A stretch of 32,000 nucleotides of DNA from an uncultured Clostridium sp. (GCA_946500615.1 CAMMWP010000001.1:152561-184560); one strand, 5' to 3'; counted from the first letter of the stretch, positions 1 to 9,771 are shown. The notes: a model not told the origin generated them from the letters alone. Translations and numbers: made by a program.

Positions 1-33
1 GGTACAACATTTACGATTATGTTGCCATTATAG
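1..33 (+). CDS. 3' end of a sensor histidine kinase (partial, rest lies outside the window)
   Basis: Frame 1 reads GTTFTIMLPL-stop, a typical HATPase_c C-terminal end. A terminator and a response-regulator gene follow. Confidence 0.45.
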   Translation, partial: GTTFTIMLPL

Positions 34-49
34 AGAATTTTATATTTTT

Positions 50-87
50 AAAAAGAACATTTTGATATATTGAAAGTGTTCTTTTTT
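50..87 (+). terminator. Rho-independent terminator after the kinase fragment
   Basis: The 10-bp stem aaaaagaaca / tgttcttttt (50-59 with 77-86) is followed by a T run. Confidence 0.65.
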
Positions 88-187
88 AGTATATTTTTAG
101 TGGGATTTTTTTGATTTTTTATAGTATTTTTATGTCTCAAATCATATGAAAAACCAACGATTTTAGACATAAAATGCTATAAAAAGC

Positions 188-216
188 TTGATTTTTATTT
201 TTTTTATTAATATAAT
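188..216 (+). promoter_or_regulatory. Sigma-A type promoter of the HD-GYP regulator gene
   Basis: TTGATT - 17 nt - TATAAT lies about 30 nt upstream of the RBS and ATG at 248. Confidence 0.5.
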
Positions 217-247
217 AATTAAAAAATTATATTAAGAGAGGTTTGCT

Positions 248-1312
248 ATGAGAAAGCATTTACAAGGTGCAGAAAATATACAAAATAATACTTATAGAAT
301 TATTGCTGTAGATGATGAAGAAGGTATTGTTGACTCTTTGTCTATATTTCTAAAACGTTCTGGATATGATTTTACAGGTGTTACTGATCCTCAAGAGGCC
401 ATTCGACTAGTCAAAGAAGAGCATTTTGATTTAATGGTATTAGACTTTATTATGACACCTTTTCATGGAGATCAAGTTGTTGAAGAAATTAGAAAATTTA
501 ACAAAGATTTATATATTTTATTATTAACTGGTCATAAAGATTTAGCTCCACCTTTAGAAACAATTAGAAGATTGGATATTCAAGGATATTGTGAAAAAGG
601 CGATAAGTTTGATCAATTATTATTATTAATTGAATCTGGAATAAAATCCATTAAACAAATGAACCAAATCAAAGAAATCAATACCAAATTATCAGATACA
701 TATGAAAAATTAGAACAAGCATATTTAGAATCTATTAAAACCCTACGTTATACAATTGAAGCAAAAGATATCTATACAAGAGGCCATTCTGACAGGGTCG
801 CTGCTTATTCTGTGTTAATGGGAAAAAGGCTAGGACTTTCTAATGAGGATTTAAGAAATCTAGAAATTGGTGGATTGTTTCACGATATTGGAAAAATTGG
901 TGTTCCAGATAGTATTTTATTAAAAGATTCTAAACTAACAGATGAAGAATATTCTCAAATAAAACAACATCCTAATATTGGTGTTCATATCTTATCAAAT
1001 GCTTCTATATTTAATGATATTTTACCAATTGTAGAACATCATCATGAAAAATATGATGGAACAGGGTATCCGGGAAAACTTGCTGGGAATGATATCCCTT
1101 ATTTAGCAAGAATTGCAGCTATCGCAGATAGTTTTGATGCTATGGCTTCTAGAAGGGCTTATCGTAATTCGCTAGATTTAGATACGATTATTTCTGAATT
1201 TGAACGTTGTAGAGGAACTCAATTTGATCCAGAGCTAGATGATTTATTTCTTGATATCTTAAAAAATCATTTTGATGAAATACAAGAAATTCAAGAGAAA
1301 TATGAAGGATAA
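248..1312 (+). CDS. Response regulator with REC receiver and HD-GYP domain (predicted c-di-GMP phosphodiesterase)
   Basis: The N-terminal receiver reads IIAVDDEEGI...DLMVLDFIMT. The C-terminal HD-GYP signatures are HDIGKIGVPD and HHHEKYDGTGYPG. The RBS is agagagg. Confidence 0.85.
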   Translation: MRKHLQGAENIQNNTYRIIAVDDEEGIVDSLSIFLKRSGYDFTGVTDPQEAIRLVKEEHFDLMVLDFIMTPFHGDQVVEEIRKFNKDLYILLLTGHKDLAPPLETIRRLDIQGYCEKGDKFDQLLLLIESGIKSIKQMNQIKEINTKLSDTYEKLEQAYLESIKTLRYTIEAKDIYTRGHSDRVAAYSVLMGKRLGLSNEDLRNLEIGGLFHDIGKIGVPDSILLKDSKLTDEEYSQIKQHPNIGVHILSNASIFNDILPIVEHHHEKYDGTGYPGKLAGNDIPYLARIAAIADSFDAMASRRAYRNSLDLDTIISEFERCRGTQFDPELDDLFLDILKNHFDEIQEIQEKYEG

Positions 1313-1574
1313 AGCCTAAGTATGTGTCCATTTGTCCAGTTAGTTGTTCAGTTGGGTGTCTAGTTGGGGACGTTTCTCTTTGGACATACTTCAGAATATC
1401 ATAATACGAAACGTATATACCAAAAAATTATGAAATGACGAATGCGAATGAAATCATAGAACAAATTGGAAAGTCATTAAATACAACTTCATTTTAAATT
1501 TTGCTTAGGCTTTCCGTAAATTTGTTCTGTGCCAATTTTACAGAAGTAAAATTGTGTACATCTGTTGCGAAGCA

Positions 1575-1620
1575 TTTTTTGTACAATAGGAAAGGGGCAC
1601 TTTCCTATTGTATAAAAAAA
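1575..1620. terminator. Bidirectional terminator-like hairpin A inside the inverted-repeat element
   Basis: A 12-bp stem (1583-1594 with 1600-1611) is flanked by T6 upstream and A7 downstream. Confidence 0.6.
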
Positions 1621-1689
1621 TTAAGGTATCTAATAGGAGAATCTCAAATTTTACTTTGAGAGGTGCCTATTAGATACCTTTAATTTTTC
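1614..1689. terminator. Bidirectional terminator-like composite hairpin B
   Basis: A 20-bp stem pairs aaattaaggtatctaatagg (1618-1637) with cctattagataccttaattt (1666-1685). It has an inner ctcaaa/tttgag hairpin, with an A run before it and a T run after it. Confidence 0.6.
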
Positions 1690-1833
1690 TTTATGATGTA
1701 ATGTTAGCCGAGGAATACAATAATTTTTTGATATATACGTTTTCGTAAATAATTTAGAAATGTCCAAAGAGAAACGTCCCTAAATGGACACCCAACTGAA
1801 CAACTAACTGGACAAATGGGTACTAACTGGACA

Positions 1834-4017
1834 CTAAACTTTCATCGATAGTCCTACTTTTTGTCTTTCTTTATCAATTTTGATTACTCTTACTTTTACA
1901 ATATCACCCACTGAAACAATCTCTGATGGATTTTTTATAAACTTATCACTCATTTCTGAAATATGAACTAAGCCATCATGTTTTACACCGATATCTACAA
2001 AAGCTCCAAAATCAATAACATTTCTAACCGTTCCTGTTAATACCATTCCCTCTTTCAAATCTTCTAATTTCAATACATCATTTCTTAAAATTGGTTTTGG
2101 CATGTCTTCTCTAGGATCTCTTCCCGGTTTTGATAATTCTTCAATAATGTCTGTTAATGTCATCTCACCAATATTTAATTCTTTAGCCATTGTTTCTACT
2201 TGTATACTTTTCAGTTTTGTTCTTAAATTGTCTAATTTTTCTTTATCTTTTAAATCTTGTTTATCAAATCCAAGTTGTTTTAACAATTTTTCTGTTGCTT
2301 CATAGCTTTCTGGGTGAACTGCTGTGATTTCTAATGGATTGTCTCCATCTAATATTCTTAAAAACCCTGCACATTGCTCAAATGCTACTTTTCCAAGTTT
2401 TGGAACTTTTAATAATTCTTTCCTATTTTTTAATTTACCATTTTCATCTCTGTATTTTACAATGTTTTTGGCTATTGTGTTATTGATTCCTGAAACATAT
2501 GAAAGTAACGAAGGTGTCGCTGTGTTTACATCAACCCCTACCTTATTAACACTATCTTCTACAACCCCTGTTAAGCTTTCCTGTAATTTCTTTTGATTCA
2601 CATCATGTTGATATTGCCCTACACCAATCGCTTTTGGATCTATTTTTACTAACTCTGCTAATGGGTCTTGTAAACGCCTAGCAATAGAAATCGCACCTCT
2701 GATAGATACATTAATATCTGGATATTCTTCTGTTGCCAATTTTGATGCAGAATATACAGATGCTCCTGCTTCACTAACAATCACATAATGTACATCTCTT
2801 GATGTTTCTTTTATCATATCTGCTACAAACATTTCTGATTCTCTTGAAGCTGTTCCATTTCCGATGGCTATCATATCAATCTTATCTTTTTCAATTAATT
2901 TTAATAGTTCTTTTTTTGCACCTTCTACATCATTTTGAGGTTCTGTTGGATATACTGTTGTGTAATCTAATAGCTTCCCTGTTTCATCAATGACGGCAAT
3001 TTTACATCCTGTTCTATATGCTGGGTCAAATCCCATAACGGTTTTTCCTTTAATTGGCGCTCCTAATAATAATTGCTTTGAGTTTTTTCCAAATACTTTA
3101 ATGGCTTTATCTTCTGCTTTCTCTGTTAAATCTGAACGAATTTCTCTATCAATTGATGGTTCTATCAATCTTTTGAAACTATCTAAAATGGTATCTTTTA
3201 GCATTTGGGTAAATTGTGTTTCATCTTTTATGATATCTCTTTCTATATATGCCAATATTTTTTCTTCCGGTTTTTCAATTTTCACTTTTAAAAAGTCCTC
3301 TTTTTCTCCACGATTAATCGCCAATATTCTATGGCTTGGTATGTATTTTATGGCTTCTTGGTATTCGTAATACATTTCATAATTTGATTTTTCCTCTGGT
3401 TTTGATGCCTTTGTTTGAATCGTTGCTTCTTTATAACATATTCTTTTGATTTGTTTTCTATATTTGCTATTGTCTGAAATATCTTCTGCAATAATATCTA
3501 AAGCTCCTTGTATGGCATCTTCTGCTGTTGCTACTACTTTATCCTTATTCTTTTTATCCTCTTCTGATAATGTCTCCACATTAACATATGCTTTTGCGAT
3601 TTCAAGAATTGGTTTTGTTTCTTTTTGCTCTATAATGATGGTTGCCAATGGTTCTAAGCCTTTTGCTTTTGCAACTGTTGCTCTTGTCTTCTTCTTTTGT
3701 TTATATGGTCTATAGATATCTTCTACTTCTGCTAATGTTCTACTAATGGCAATAGCTTGTAAAATTTCATCTGTTAATTTTCCTTGTTCATCAATCGATT
3801 TTACAACTTCTTCTTTTCTTTGCTCTAAATTTCTTAAATAATTTAGTCTTTCCCCTAAATCCCTAAGAATTTCATCACTCAGTCCTCCTGTTACTTCTTT
3901 TCTATAACGAGCAATAAAGGGAATGGTATTCCCTTCATCTATTAATTTTATCGTAGCCTCTACTTGTTTTTGTTTAATGTTTAATTCTTCTGCAATTACT
4001 TCTTCTATATTTTTCAT
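1834..4017 (-). CDS. tex: Tex-like transcription accessory protein with S1 RNA-binding domain
   Basis: The N-terminus reads IAEELNIKQKQVEATIKLIDEGNTIPFIARYRKE and there is a YqgF-like core. The C-terminal S1 domain reads GMVLTGTVRNVIDFGAFVDIG. I moved the start to the ATG at 4017, behind ggaaggag. Confidence 0.9.
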   Translation of the reverse strand: MKNIEEVIAEELNIKQKQVEATIKLIDEGNTIPFIARYRKEVTGGLSDEILRDLGERLNYLRNLEQRKEEVVKSIDEQGKLTDEILQAIAISRTLAEVEDIYRPYKQKKKTRATVAKAKGLEPLATIIIEQKETKPILEIAKAYVNVETLSEEDKKNKDKVVATAEDAIQGALDIIAEDISDNSKYRKQIKRICYKEATIQTKASKPEEKSNYEMYYEYQEAIKYIPSHRILAINRGEKEDFLKVKIEKPEEKILAYIERDIIKDETQFTQMLKDTILDSFKRLIEPSIDREIRSDLTEKAEDKAIKVFGKNSKQLLLGAPIKGKTVMGFDPAYRTGCKIAVIDETGKLLDYTTVYPTEPQNDVEGAKKELLKLIEKDKIDMIAIGNGTASRESEMFVADMIKETSRDVHYVIVSEAGASVYSASKLATEEYPDINVSIRGAISIARRLQDPLAELVKIDPKAIGVGQYQHDVNQKKLQESLTGVVEDSVNKVGVDVNTATPSLLSYVSGINNTIAKNIVKYRDENGKLKNRKELLKVPKLGKVAFEQCAGFLRILDGDNPLEITAVHPESYEATEKLLKQLGFDKQDLKDKEKLDNLRTKLKSIQVETMAKELNIGEMTLTDIIEELSKPGRDPREDMPKPILRNDVLKLEDLKEGMVLTGTVRNVIDFGAFVDIGVKHDGLVHISEMSDKFIKNPSEIVSVGDIVKVRVIKIDKERQKVGLSMKV

Positions 4018-4141
4018 TATATTTTTTCTCCTTCCGTTTCCTTTTGTCTGCAATCCTCTAGCACATTTTTTAAACATTGCATTCTTTGGTTAAAAAAGTC
4101 ATCATTTTATGAAAATAATTTTTTCCATTTTCTATCGCCAC

Positions 4142-4618
4142 TTATTGGTATATGGTATCATCTTGTCTAATCCAATTCTCTACTTCTTCTACCCTATATT
4201 CATCTTTAGTATCTCTCATGACTACTTTATCAATTCCTGCATTGATAATCATTCTCTTGCAAAAAGAACATGGCTCATTATCTGTTACATATTTTCCATT
4301 TCGCTTATTTATCCCCACTAAATATAATGTAGCTCCTATCATATCCTTTCTTGCTGCACTAATAATGGCATTTTGTTCACTATGTACTGATCGACACTTT
4401 TCATATCCTTTTCCACTAGGCATTTCATATTTTTGCCTTGTACAATACCCTAAATCAATACAATTTTCTCTTCCTCTCGGAGCGCCAGAATATCCTGTTG
4501 AAATAATTTCATCATTTTTGACAATGATACTTCCATAATTATTTCTAAGGCAGGTTCCTCTTCCTGCTACACTTTCTGCAATATCTAAATAATAGTTTAT
4601 TTTATCAACTCTTTCCAT
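4142..4618 (-). CDS. comEB: dCMP deaminase (ComEB / CMP-dCMP deaminase zinc-binding family)
   Basis: The zinc motifs HSEQNA and PCSFCKRMI are present. I moved the start to MERVDKINYY (ATG at 4618), downstream of aggagg. Confidence 0.85.
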   Translation of the reverse strand: MERVDKINYYLDIAESVAGRGTCLRNNYGSIIVKNDEIISTGYSGAPRGRENCIDLGYCTRQKYEMPSGKGYEKCRSVHSEQNAIISAARKDMIGATLYLVGINKRNGKYVTDNEPCSFCKRMIINAGIDKVVMRDTKDEYRVEEVENWIRQDDTIYQ

Positions 4619-4690
4619 AAGATTACTTTTCCTCCTATATCCAATAGGTTTTATAATAGAGATTTTTGAGTTAAGTCTCAAAACCTCTTT

Positions 4691-6274
4691 TTATTCTACG
4701 CCTAAATACTCATTATACGTAACTTCTCTGTCAATCATTTTTCCATCTTCTTTAATATCAATCACTCTATTCGCAACGGTTTGTGTCAATTCATGGTCAT
4801 GTGATGTAAATAAGATATTTCCTGTAAATCTCTTCATTCCTTCATTTAGTGATGTGATACTTTCCATATCTAAATGGTTTGTTGGTTCATCAAATATTAA
4901 GAAATTTGCTCCTGACAACATCATTTTTGATAGAACACATCTTACTTTTTCTCCTCCAGATATGACTTTTACCTCTTTTAATGCTTCATCTCCAGAAAAT
5001 AACATCCTACCTAAAAAGCTTCTTACATATGTTTCATCTGGATCTTTTGAATATTTTCTAAGCCATTCTGTAATATTTTCGTCTGTTTCAAATAAATAGT
5101 TATTGTCCTTAGGGAAATATGATTTTGTGATGGTTGTTCCCCATATTAATTCTCCTTCATCTGGCTCTATTTCTCCTTCTATAATTTGGAATAAAACTGT
5201 TTTGGCTAGCTCATTATCTGCTAGAAATGCAATTTTATTTCCCTCTTTTACATCAAATGAAATATGATCCAATAGTTTTACGCCGTCAACTGTTTTTGAT
5301 ATATTTTTTACTTGTAATATTTCTCTTCCCGGTTCTCTATCTGGTTTAAAGTCCACATATGGATATTTTCTGTTTGATGGTTTTATTTCTTCTAATTCGA
5401 TTTTTTCTAATGTCTTTTTCCTTGAAGTTGCTTGTTTTGATTTTGAAGCATTTGCACTAAATCTAGCAATAAAGTCTTGCAATTCTTTTATTTTTTCTTC
5501 TTTCTTTTTATTTTGTTCTCTTGCTTGTTTTAATGCTAATTGACTTGATTCATACCAGAAATCATAATTTCCCGGATATACTTTTATTTTTCCAAAATCT
5601 ACGTCTGCAATATGTGTACAAACTTTATTTAAAAAATATCTATCATGTGATACGACAATAACTGTATTTTCAAAATCCATTAAAAAGTCTTGTAACCAGT
5701 TAATACTTTTCATATCTAAGTCATTTGTTGGCTCATCTAATAATAGTACATCTGGGTTTCCAAATAAACTTTGCGCTAATAATATTTTTACTTTTTCTTT
5801 TGCTTCTATCTCTTTCATGAATCTATAATGGTTGTCTGGAATAATGCCTAAATCATTTAATAAAATGGCTGCATCTGATTCTGCATTCCACCCGTCTAGT
5901 TCGGCAAATCTCTCTTCTAGTTTTGCAGCTTTCATCCCATCCTCTTCTGAAAAGTCTGGTTTTGCATAAATGGCTTCTTTTTCTTTCATGATATCATATA
6001 ATTCTTTATTTCCCATTAATACAGTGTCCATAACTGTATATTCTTCAAAAGCAAAGTGGTCTTGTTTTAATACTGACAATCTTTCTCCTTTATCTAAACT
6101 AACGTCTCCTTTACTTGGCTCTATTTCTCCTGATAGTACTTTTAAAAAAGTTGATTTTCCTGCTCCGTTTGCTCCGATAATTCCATAACAATTTCCTTTT
6201 CCAAAGTTTATATTGACATCTTCAAATAGCACTCTTTTTCCAAATCTGACTGTGACTCCATTTGCACTTAACAT
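4691..6274 (-). CDS. ABC-F family ATPase with two ABC cassettes and no TM domain (possibly the YkpA subfamily)
   Basis: NBD1 has Walker A GANGAGKST and Walker B LLLDEPTNDLD. NBD2 has signature SGGEKVRC and Walker B LIFDEPTNHLD. A basic linker reads KKKEEKIKELQDFIARF. I moved the start to MLSANGV (6274), behind aaaggaa. Confidence 0.9.
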   Translation of the reverse strand: MLSANGVTVRFGKRVLFEDVNINFGKGNCYGIIGANGAGKSTFLKVLSGEIEPSKGDVSLDKGERLSVLKQDHFAFEEYTVMDTVLMGNKELYDIMKEKEAIYAKPDFSEEDGMKAAKLEERFAELDGWNAESDAAILLNDLGIIPDNHYRFMKEIEAKEKVKILLAQSLFGNPDVLLLDEPTNDLDMKSINWLQDFLMDFENTVIVVSHDRYFLNKVCTHIADVDFGKIKVYPGNYDFWYESSQLALKQAREQNKKKEEKIKELQDFIARFSANASKSKQATSRKKTLEKIELEEIKPSNRKYPYVDFKPDREPGREILQVKNISKTVDGVKLLDHISFDVKEGNKIAFLADNELAKTVLFQIIEGEIEPDEGELIWGTTITKSYFPKDNNYLFETDENITEWLRKYSKDPDETYVRSFLGRMLFSGDEALKEVKVISGGEKVRCVLSKMMLSGANFLIFDEPTNHLDMESITSLNEGMKRFTGNILFTSHDHELTQTVANRVIDIKEDGKMIDREVTYNEYLGVE

Positions 6275-6372
6275 GTTTTTCATTCCTTTCGTTTTTTGTT
6301 GTATCAAAAAATTTATTTTATTTTCTTTTTGTCTGCTTTTTGTTTACAACAATACTAATTTTTATCGTTGGT

Positions 6373-6401
6373 ATTATATACTATTTTTACATATTTTTCA
6401 A
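6373..6401 (-). promoter_or_regulatory. Sigma-A promoter of the ABC-F gene
   Basis: The minus strand reads TTGAAA - 17 nt - TATAAT. Confidence 0.6.
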
Positions 6402-6416
6402 GAGATTTGCATACGG

Positions 6417-6457
6417 AAAAAAGCACCTCGCATTTTTGATATACTTAGTGCTTTTTT
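6417..6457 (-). terminator. Terminator downstream of the DUF378 gene
   Basis: The stem aaaaaagcac / gtgctttttt has flanking A and T runs, so it could act in both directions. Confidence 0.55.
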
Positions 6458-6483
6458 ATATTTTATCATTTTACTTATCGAGA

Positions 6484-6672
6484 TTAATCATCAAATAATA
6501 ATTTGATACCCCATAAACCAGATAATCCTACCAAACCATAAACAATTCTTGACCATATTGTCATATTTCCAAATATTAAAGCTACTAAATCTAACTCAAA
6601 TAAAGCAATTAATCCCCAGTTGATAGCACCAATAATGATTAATACTAAAGCAATTTTATCTATTACCTTCAT
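6484..6672 (-). CDS. DUF378 family small membrane protein
   Basis: This 62-aa protein has two TM segments and the GAINWGLI motif typical of DUF378. Confidence 0.8.
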   Translation of the reverse strand: MKVIDKIALVLIIIGAINWGLIALFELDLVALIFGNMTIWSRIVYGLVGLSGLWGIKLLFDD

Positions 6673-6849
6673 TTTATGTCCTCCTTTATCATTTTTATAA
6701 TATTTTAACCTTTTTTCATTTTATTTATACAATTATTGAAAAAAATTGTTTTTTATGATAATTTTAAATCATAAATGTAACCATATTAAAAAAAATAGCA
6801 TAAAGTATAAATAAATTTTAATTTTTCGAAAAGAAAAAGGAGGAAAATT

Positions 6850-8127
6850 TTGAAAAAAGATAGAAGAAATCATCGAAAAAATAGAAATACCAATCTTAAT
6901 GATACAAAAAAAATAATACATATCTTATTAAAAATCATATTTGTTCTTGCCATTTTATTTCTTATCATCGTTATCTTTCATATTGCCAAAAGTTGGATTC
7001 AATATAATGACATTACAAATCAATATTTATCTAATCTAAATACCATACAACCTTCTGACGAAAATGAAACCAATATTCAACAAAATACTGATACCACTTT
7101 TCATTTAACTGCCATTGGAGACATCATGTGTCATAACACACAATATATGGATGCCTATAATAAAGATACTGGTAAATATGATTTTTCTTATGTTTTTGAA
7201 GATATTGAACATTACATTAAAAATTCCAATCTAACAATTGCTAATTTAGAAACTACATTTGCTGGTGAAGACAAAGGATATAGTAATTATCCTAGATTTA
7301 ATACGCCAGATGCTTTAGCATACAATTTAAAAAAATTAGGTATCGATGTTATATCTACGGCTGGAAATCACAGTTTAGATTATGGATTTGACGGATTATC
7401 CAGAACAATTGATGTTTTAGATAAAGCTGATATCGCTCATGTAGGAACATATCAAACTCAAGAAGAAAGAGATCGTATCCTATTTAAATATGTAAAAGGT
7501 GTTAAAATTGCTTTTATCAATTATGCCTATGGAACAAATGGAATTGCAATCCCTTCTGACAAAACTTATTGTATTAACTTAATGAATAAAGACTTAATAA
7601 AAACAGATATCGAAAATGCTAAATCGCAAAATGCTGATATCATTATTGCTTCTGTACACTGGGGAACAGAATATGCTACCACACCAAATGATACGCAAAA
7701 TGAACTTGCTGATTTTCTCTTTCAAAATGGTGTAAATATCATTTTAGGGACACATCCTCATGTTTTACAAAAAATGGAGAAAAGAACCGTCACTTTAGAA
7801 GATGGTTCAACTCAAGATGGTTTCATAATCTATTCTTTAGGAAATTTCATTAGTGATCAAACTGCTGATAATACGAGAACTTCTATTATTTTAGATTTGC
7901 AAATCACAAAACATATTGATAATTCTGTTACCGTAGATTCTGCAAATTATATACCAATTTATATGTATAAAGATTCTACTGTAAGCACACAAAAAATGAA
8001 GTTATTAGACATAAATAAAACAATTTCTTTATATGAAGATGGAACAGATACTTCTATTGGAAAAAATATGTATACTTTTTTTAAAAAAGAAGCAAACACG
8101 GTTTTTGAAATTTTAAACTCACAATAA
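6850..8127 (+). CDS. CapA-family (PGA_cap, metallophosphatase-like) membrane-anchored protein
   Basis: An N-terminal TM anchor precedes the CapA-like motifs AIGDIMCH, ANLET, STAGNHSLDYG and SVHWGTEY. The TTG start sits 7 nt after aaaggagg. Confidence 0.8.
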   Translation: MKKDRRNHRKNRNTNLNDTKKIIHILLKIIFVLAILFLIIVIFHIAKSWIQYNDITNQYLSNLNTIQPSDENETNIQQNTDTTFHLTAIGDIMCHNTQYMDAYNKDTGKYDFSYVFEDIEHYIKNSNLTIANLETTFAGEDKGYSNYPRFNTPDALAYNLKKLGIDVISTAGNHSLDYGFDGLSRTIDVLDKADIAHVGTYQTQEERDRILFKYVKGVKIAFINYAYGTNGIAIPSDKTYCINLMNKDLIKTDIENAKSQNADIIIASVHWGTEYATTPNDTQNELADFLFQNGVNIILGTHPHVLQKMEKRTVTLEDGSTQDGFIIYSLGNFISDQTADNTRTSIILDLQITKHIDNSVTVDSANYIPIYMYKDSTVSTQKMKLLDINKTISLYEDGTDTSIGKNMYTFFKKEANTVFEILNSQ

Positions 8128-8139
8128 AAATTCTTATAA

Positions 8140-8322
8140 TTGGATTCTTACATCAAGAAAAAACTTCAATATCTATGTCAAGCACATTGGATAAGCTTCA
8201 AAAAAATACCATACGATGTATTTACATATTTTTATGGAGACAATGTACTAAAGAAACTTGGAATACAAAAGATTGAAAAAGATATGGTTACCCTAAAACC
8301 ATACCTTTTAAAAATTAAATAA
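8140..8322 (+). CDS. Hypothetical 60-aa ORF, doubtful
   Basis: This is only an ORF-track entry. It has a TTG start, no convincing RBS and no recognisable motif. Confidence 0.15.
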   Translation: MDSYIKKKLQYLCQAHWISFKKIPYDVFTYFYGDNVLKKLGIQKIEKDMVTLKPYLLKIK

Positions 8323-8414
8323 AACCAATAATTAGAAACACTTGCTTTAAGTTCATAAGTTCTGTTGAACTTTAATTAAGCAAAGTAGATGTTAGTTTTA
8401 AAACTTTATCTAAA

Positions 8415-8451
8415 AGAAAAAAAGAATACCGATTTTTTATCTAGTATTCTT
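8415..8451 (-). terminator. Terminator downstream of the first AAA+/DUF4143 gene
   Basis: The stem aagaatac / gtattctt (8422-8429 with 8444-8451) is followed by a T run on the minus strand. Confidence 0.5.
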
Positions 8452-8569
8452 AAATCCCATTACTAAATGCTGATACTGTTTTTAACCAACTTTTCGGCTT
8501 TTTATATTCTACTTCTTCAAATATGTTTTACATTTTCATTAAACCAAATATTACACTATTTTCAATATT

Positions 8570-9751
8570 TTATAAACTTTCCATTAATAGAAAATCTTTT
8601 AACTTTATATGTTTTACAGCACTTGTAGAATAATCTATATCATCATTTGTTATAATAATCTTTTGAGATAAATTATCTATATTTGAAAATGCTGAAAATT
8701 CTCTTTCGTATGTCTTGTCTTCAGCCACACTATAAGCAACTTGAATATAATATTTTTTATTATCTTTTTGAGCTAAAAAATCAATTTCTCTTCCATTATT
8801 GTTATATACTGTTACATTATAACCCATATAAACCAATTCATTATATATAATGTTTTCTAAATTATGTGTTAAATCATAGCGATTATCTATACATCTAATT
8901 GAGTTTAGAGCTACATCTGTATTATATATTTTAAAATAATATGCTAATTCTTTTTTAGCCTTTGTTGAATATTGCTTTATAGTTTCAATTATATAAGCTT
9001 CTTCTAGATAATTTAAATACTTTATAATCGTATTAATAGAGCAAGTTTCATGATTATTTTTAATATATTTATGAATAGATTTGGCTGATATTATTCTACC
9101 ATTAGATTTTAAAATAAAATTAACTAAATCTTTAAATAGTTTTTCTTTTTTTATATGATATCTGTTTATCAAATCATTGATTACTATTGTATCGTCTAAA
9201 TCATTTAAATAACGTATTGTAGCTTCGCTTGTATTAAATTCAAATCTTTTAGGAAAGCCTCCCCAAATAAGATAATCTGTTATAGAACATTCTTTTTTTA
9301 GTTCTTTCGTATATTCCAGAATTTCTTTATAAATAAAGGGTCTAATTCTAAAAGCCACATATCTACCACTTAATTCTTTTGTAAATTCTTTAGATAATAA
9401 TTTTGAGTTTGAACCTGTAATAAATACTGACATATCATAAAGCCTTAAAGTTTTACAAGCATTTTGCCAATCATCCAACATTTGAACTTCATCAAGAAAA
9501 ACATAACATTTTCCTCTTTTTCTGTTTTGCTCAACATAAGCTATTAAAGAATCTCCGTCTTTTATAGTATTTAAAATCCTTTTATCTTCAAAATTCAAAC
9601 TTATTATATTATCAGTTTTATTTTTTATTTCATCTTTTACTTGTTCTAGAATAACTGATTTTCCAGAACGTCTAATTCCTGTTATTATTTTTATTAAATC
9701 CGAATCGTAAAATTCACGAATTTTGCTAATATAATGTTCTCTATAAATCAT
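8570..9751 (-). CDS. AAA+ ATPase of the AAA_14 / DUF4143 family (copy 1)
   Basis: Walker A is GIRRSGKS and Walker B is YVFLDEVQ. A winged-helix-like middle is followed by the C-terminal EIDFLAQ...YIQVAYS region. The RBS is gaggtgg. Confidence 0.85.
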   Translation of the reverse strand: MIYREHYISKIREFYDSDLIKIITGIRRSGKSVILEQVKDEIKNKTDNIISLNFEDKRILNTIKDGDSLIAYVEQNRKRGKCYVFLDEVQMLDDWQNACKTLRLYDMSVFITGSNSKLLSKEFTKELSGRYVAFRIRPFIYKEILEYTKELKKECSITDYLIWGGFPKRFEFNTSEATIRYLNDLDDTIVINDLINRYHIKKEKLFKDLVNFILKSNGRIISAKSIHKYIKNNHETCSINTIIKYLNYLEEAYIIETIKQYSTKAKKELAYYFKIYNTDVALNSIRCIDNRYDLTHNLENIIYNELVYMGYNVTVYNNNGREIDFLAQKDNKKYYIQVAYSVAEDKTYEREFSAFSNIDNLSQKIIITNDDIDYSTSAVKHIKLKDFLLMESL

Positions 9752-9771
9752 ACTTTTACCACCTCAACAAT

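Larger units (their letters stand above)
1324..1833. repeat. Long imperfect inverted-repeat element (~110-nt arms) filling the convergent intergenic region
   Basis: 1324-1387 is nearly the reverse complement of 1760-1823. Pairing continues with mismatches through 1405-1431 against 1720-1747. The direct repeat ctaactggaca occurs at 1804-1814 and 1823-1833. Confidence 0.8.

Noticed and set aside
2102-3715. Five plus-strand track ORFs (64-126 aa) inside the tex gene
   Set aside because: They are antisense to a long, well-supported CDS, have low-complexity S/F/L-rich products and lack an RBS. This is the usual shadow-ORF pattern in AT-rich DNA.
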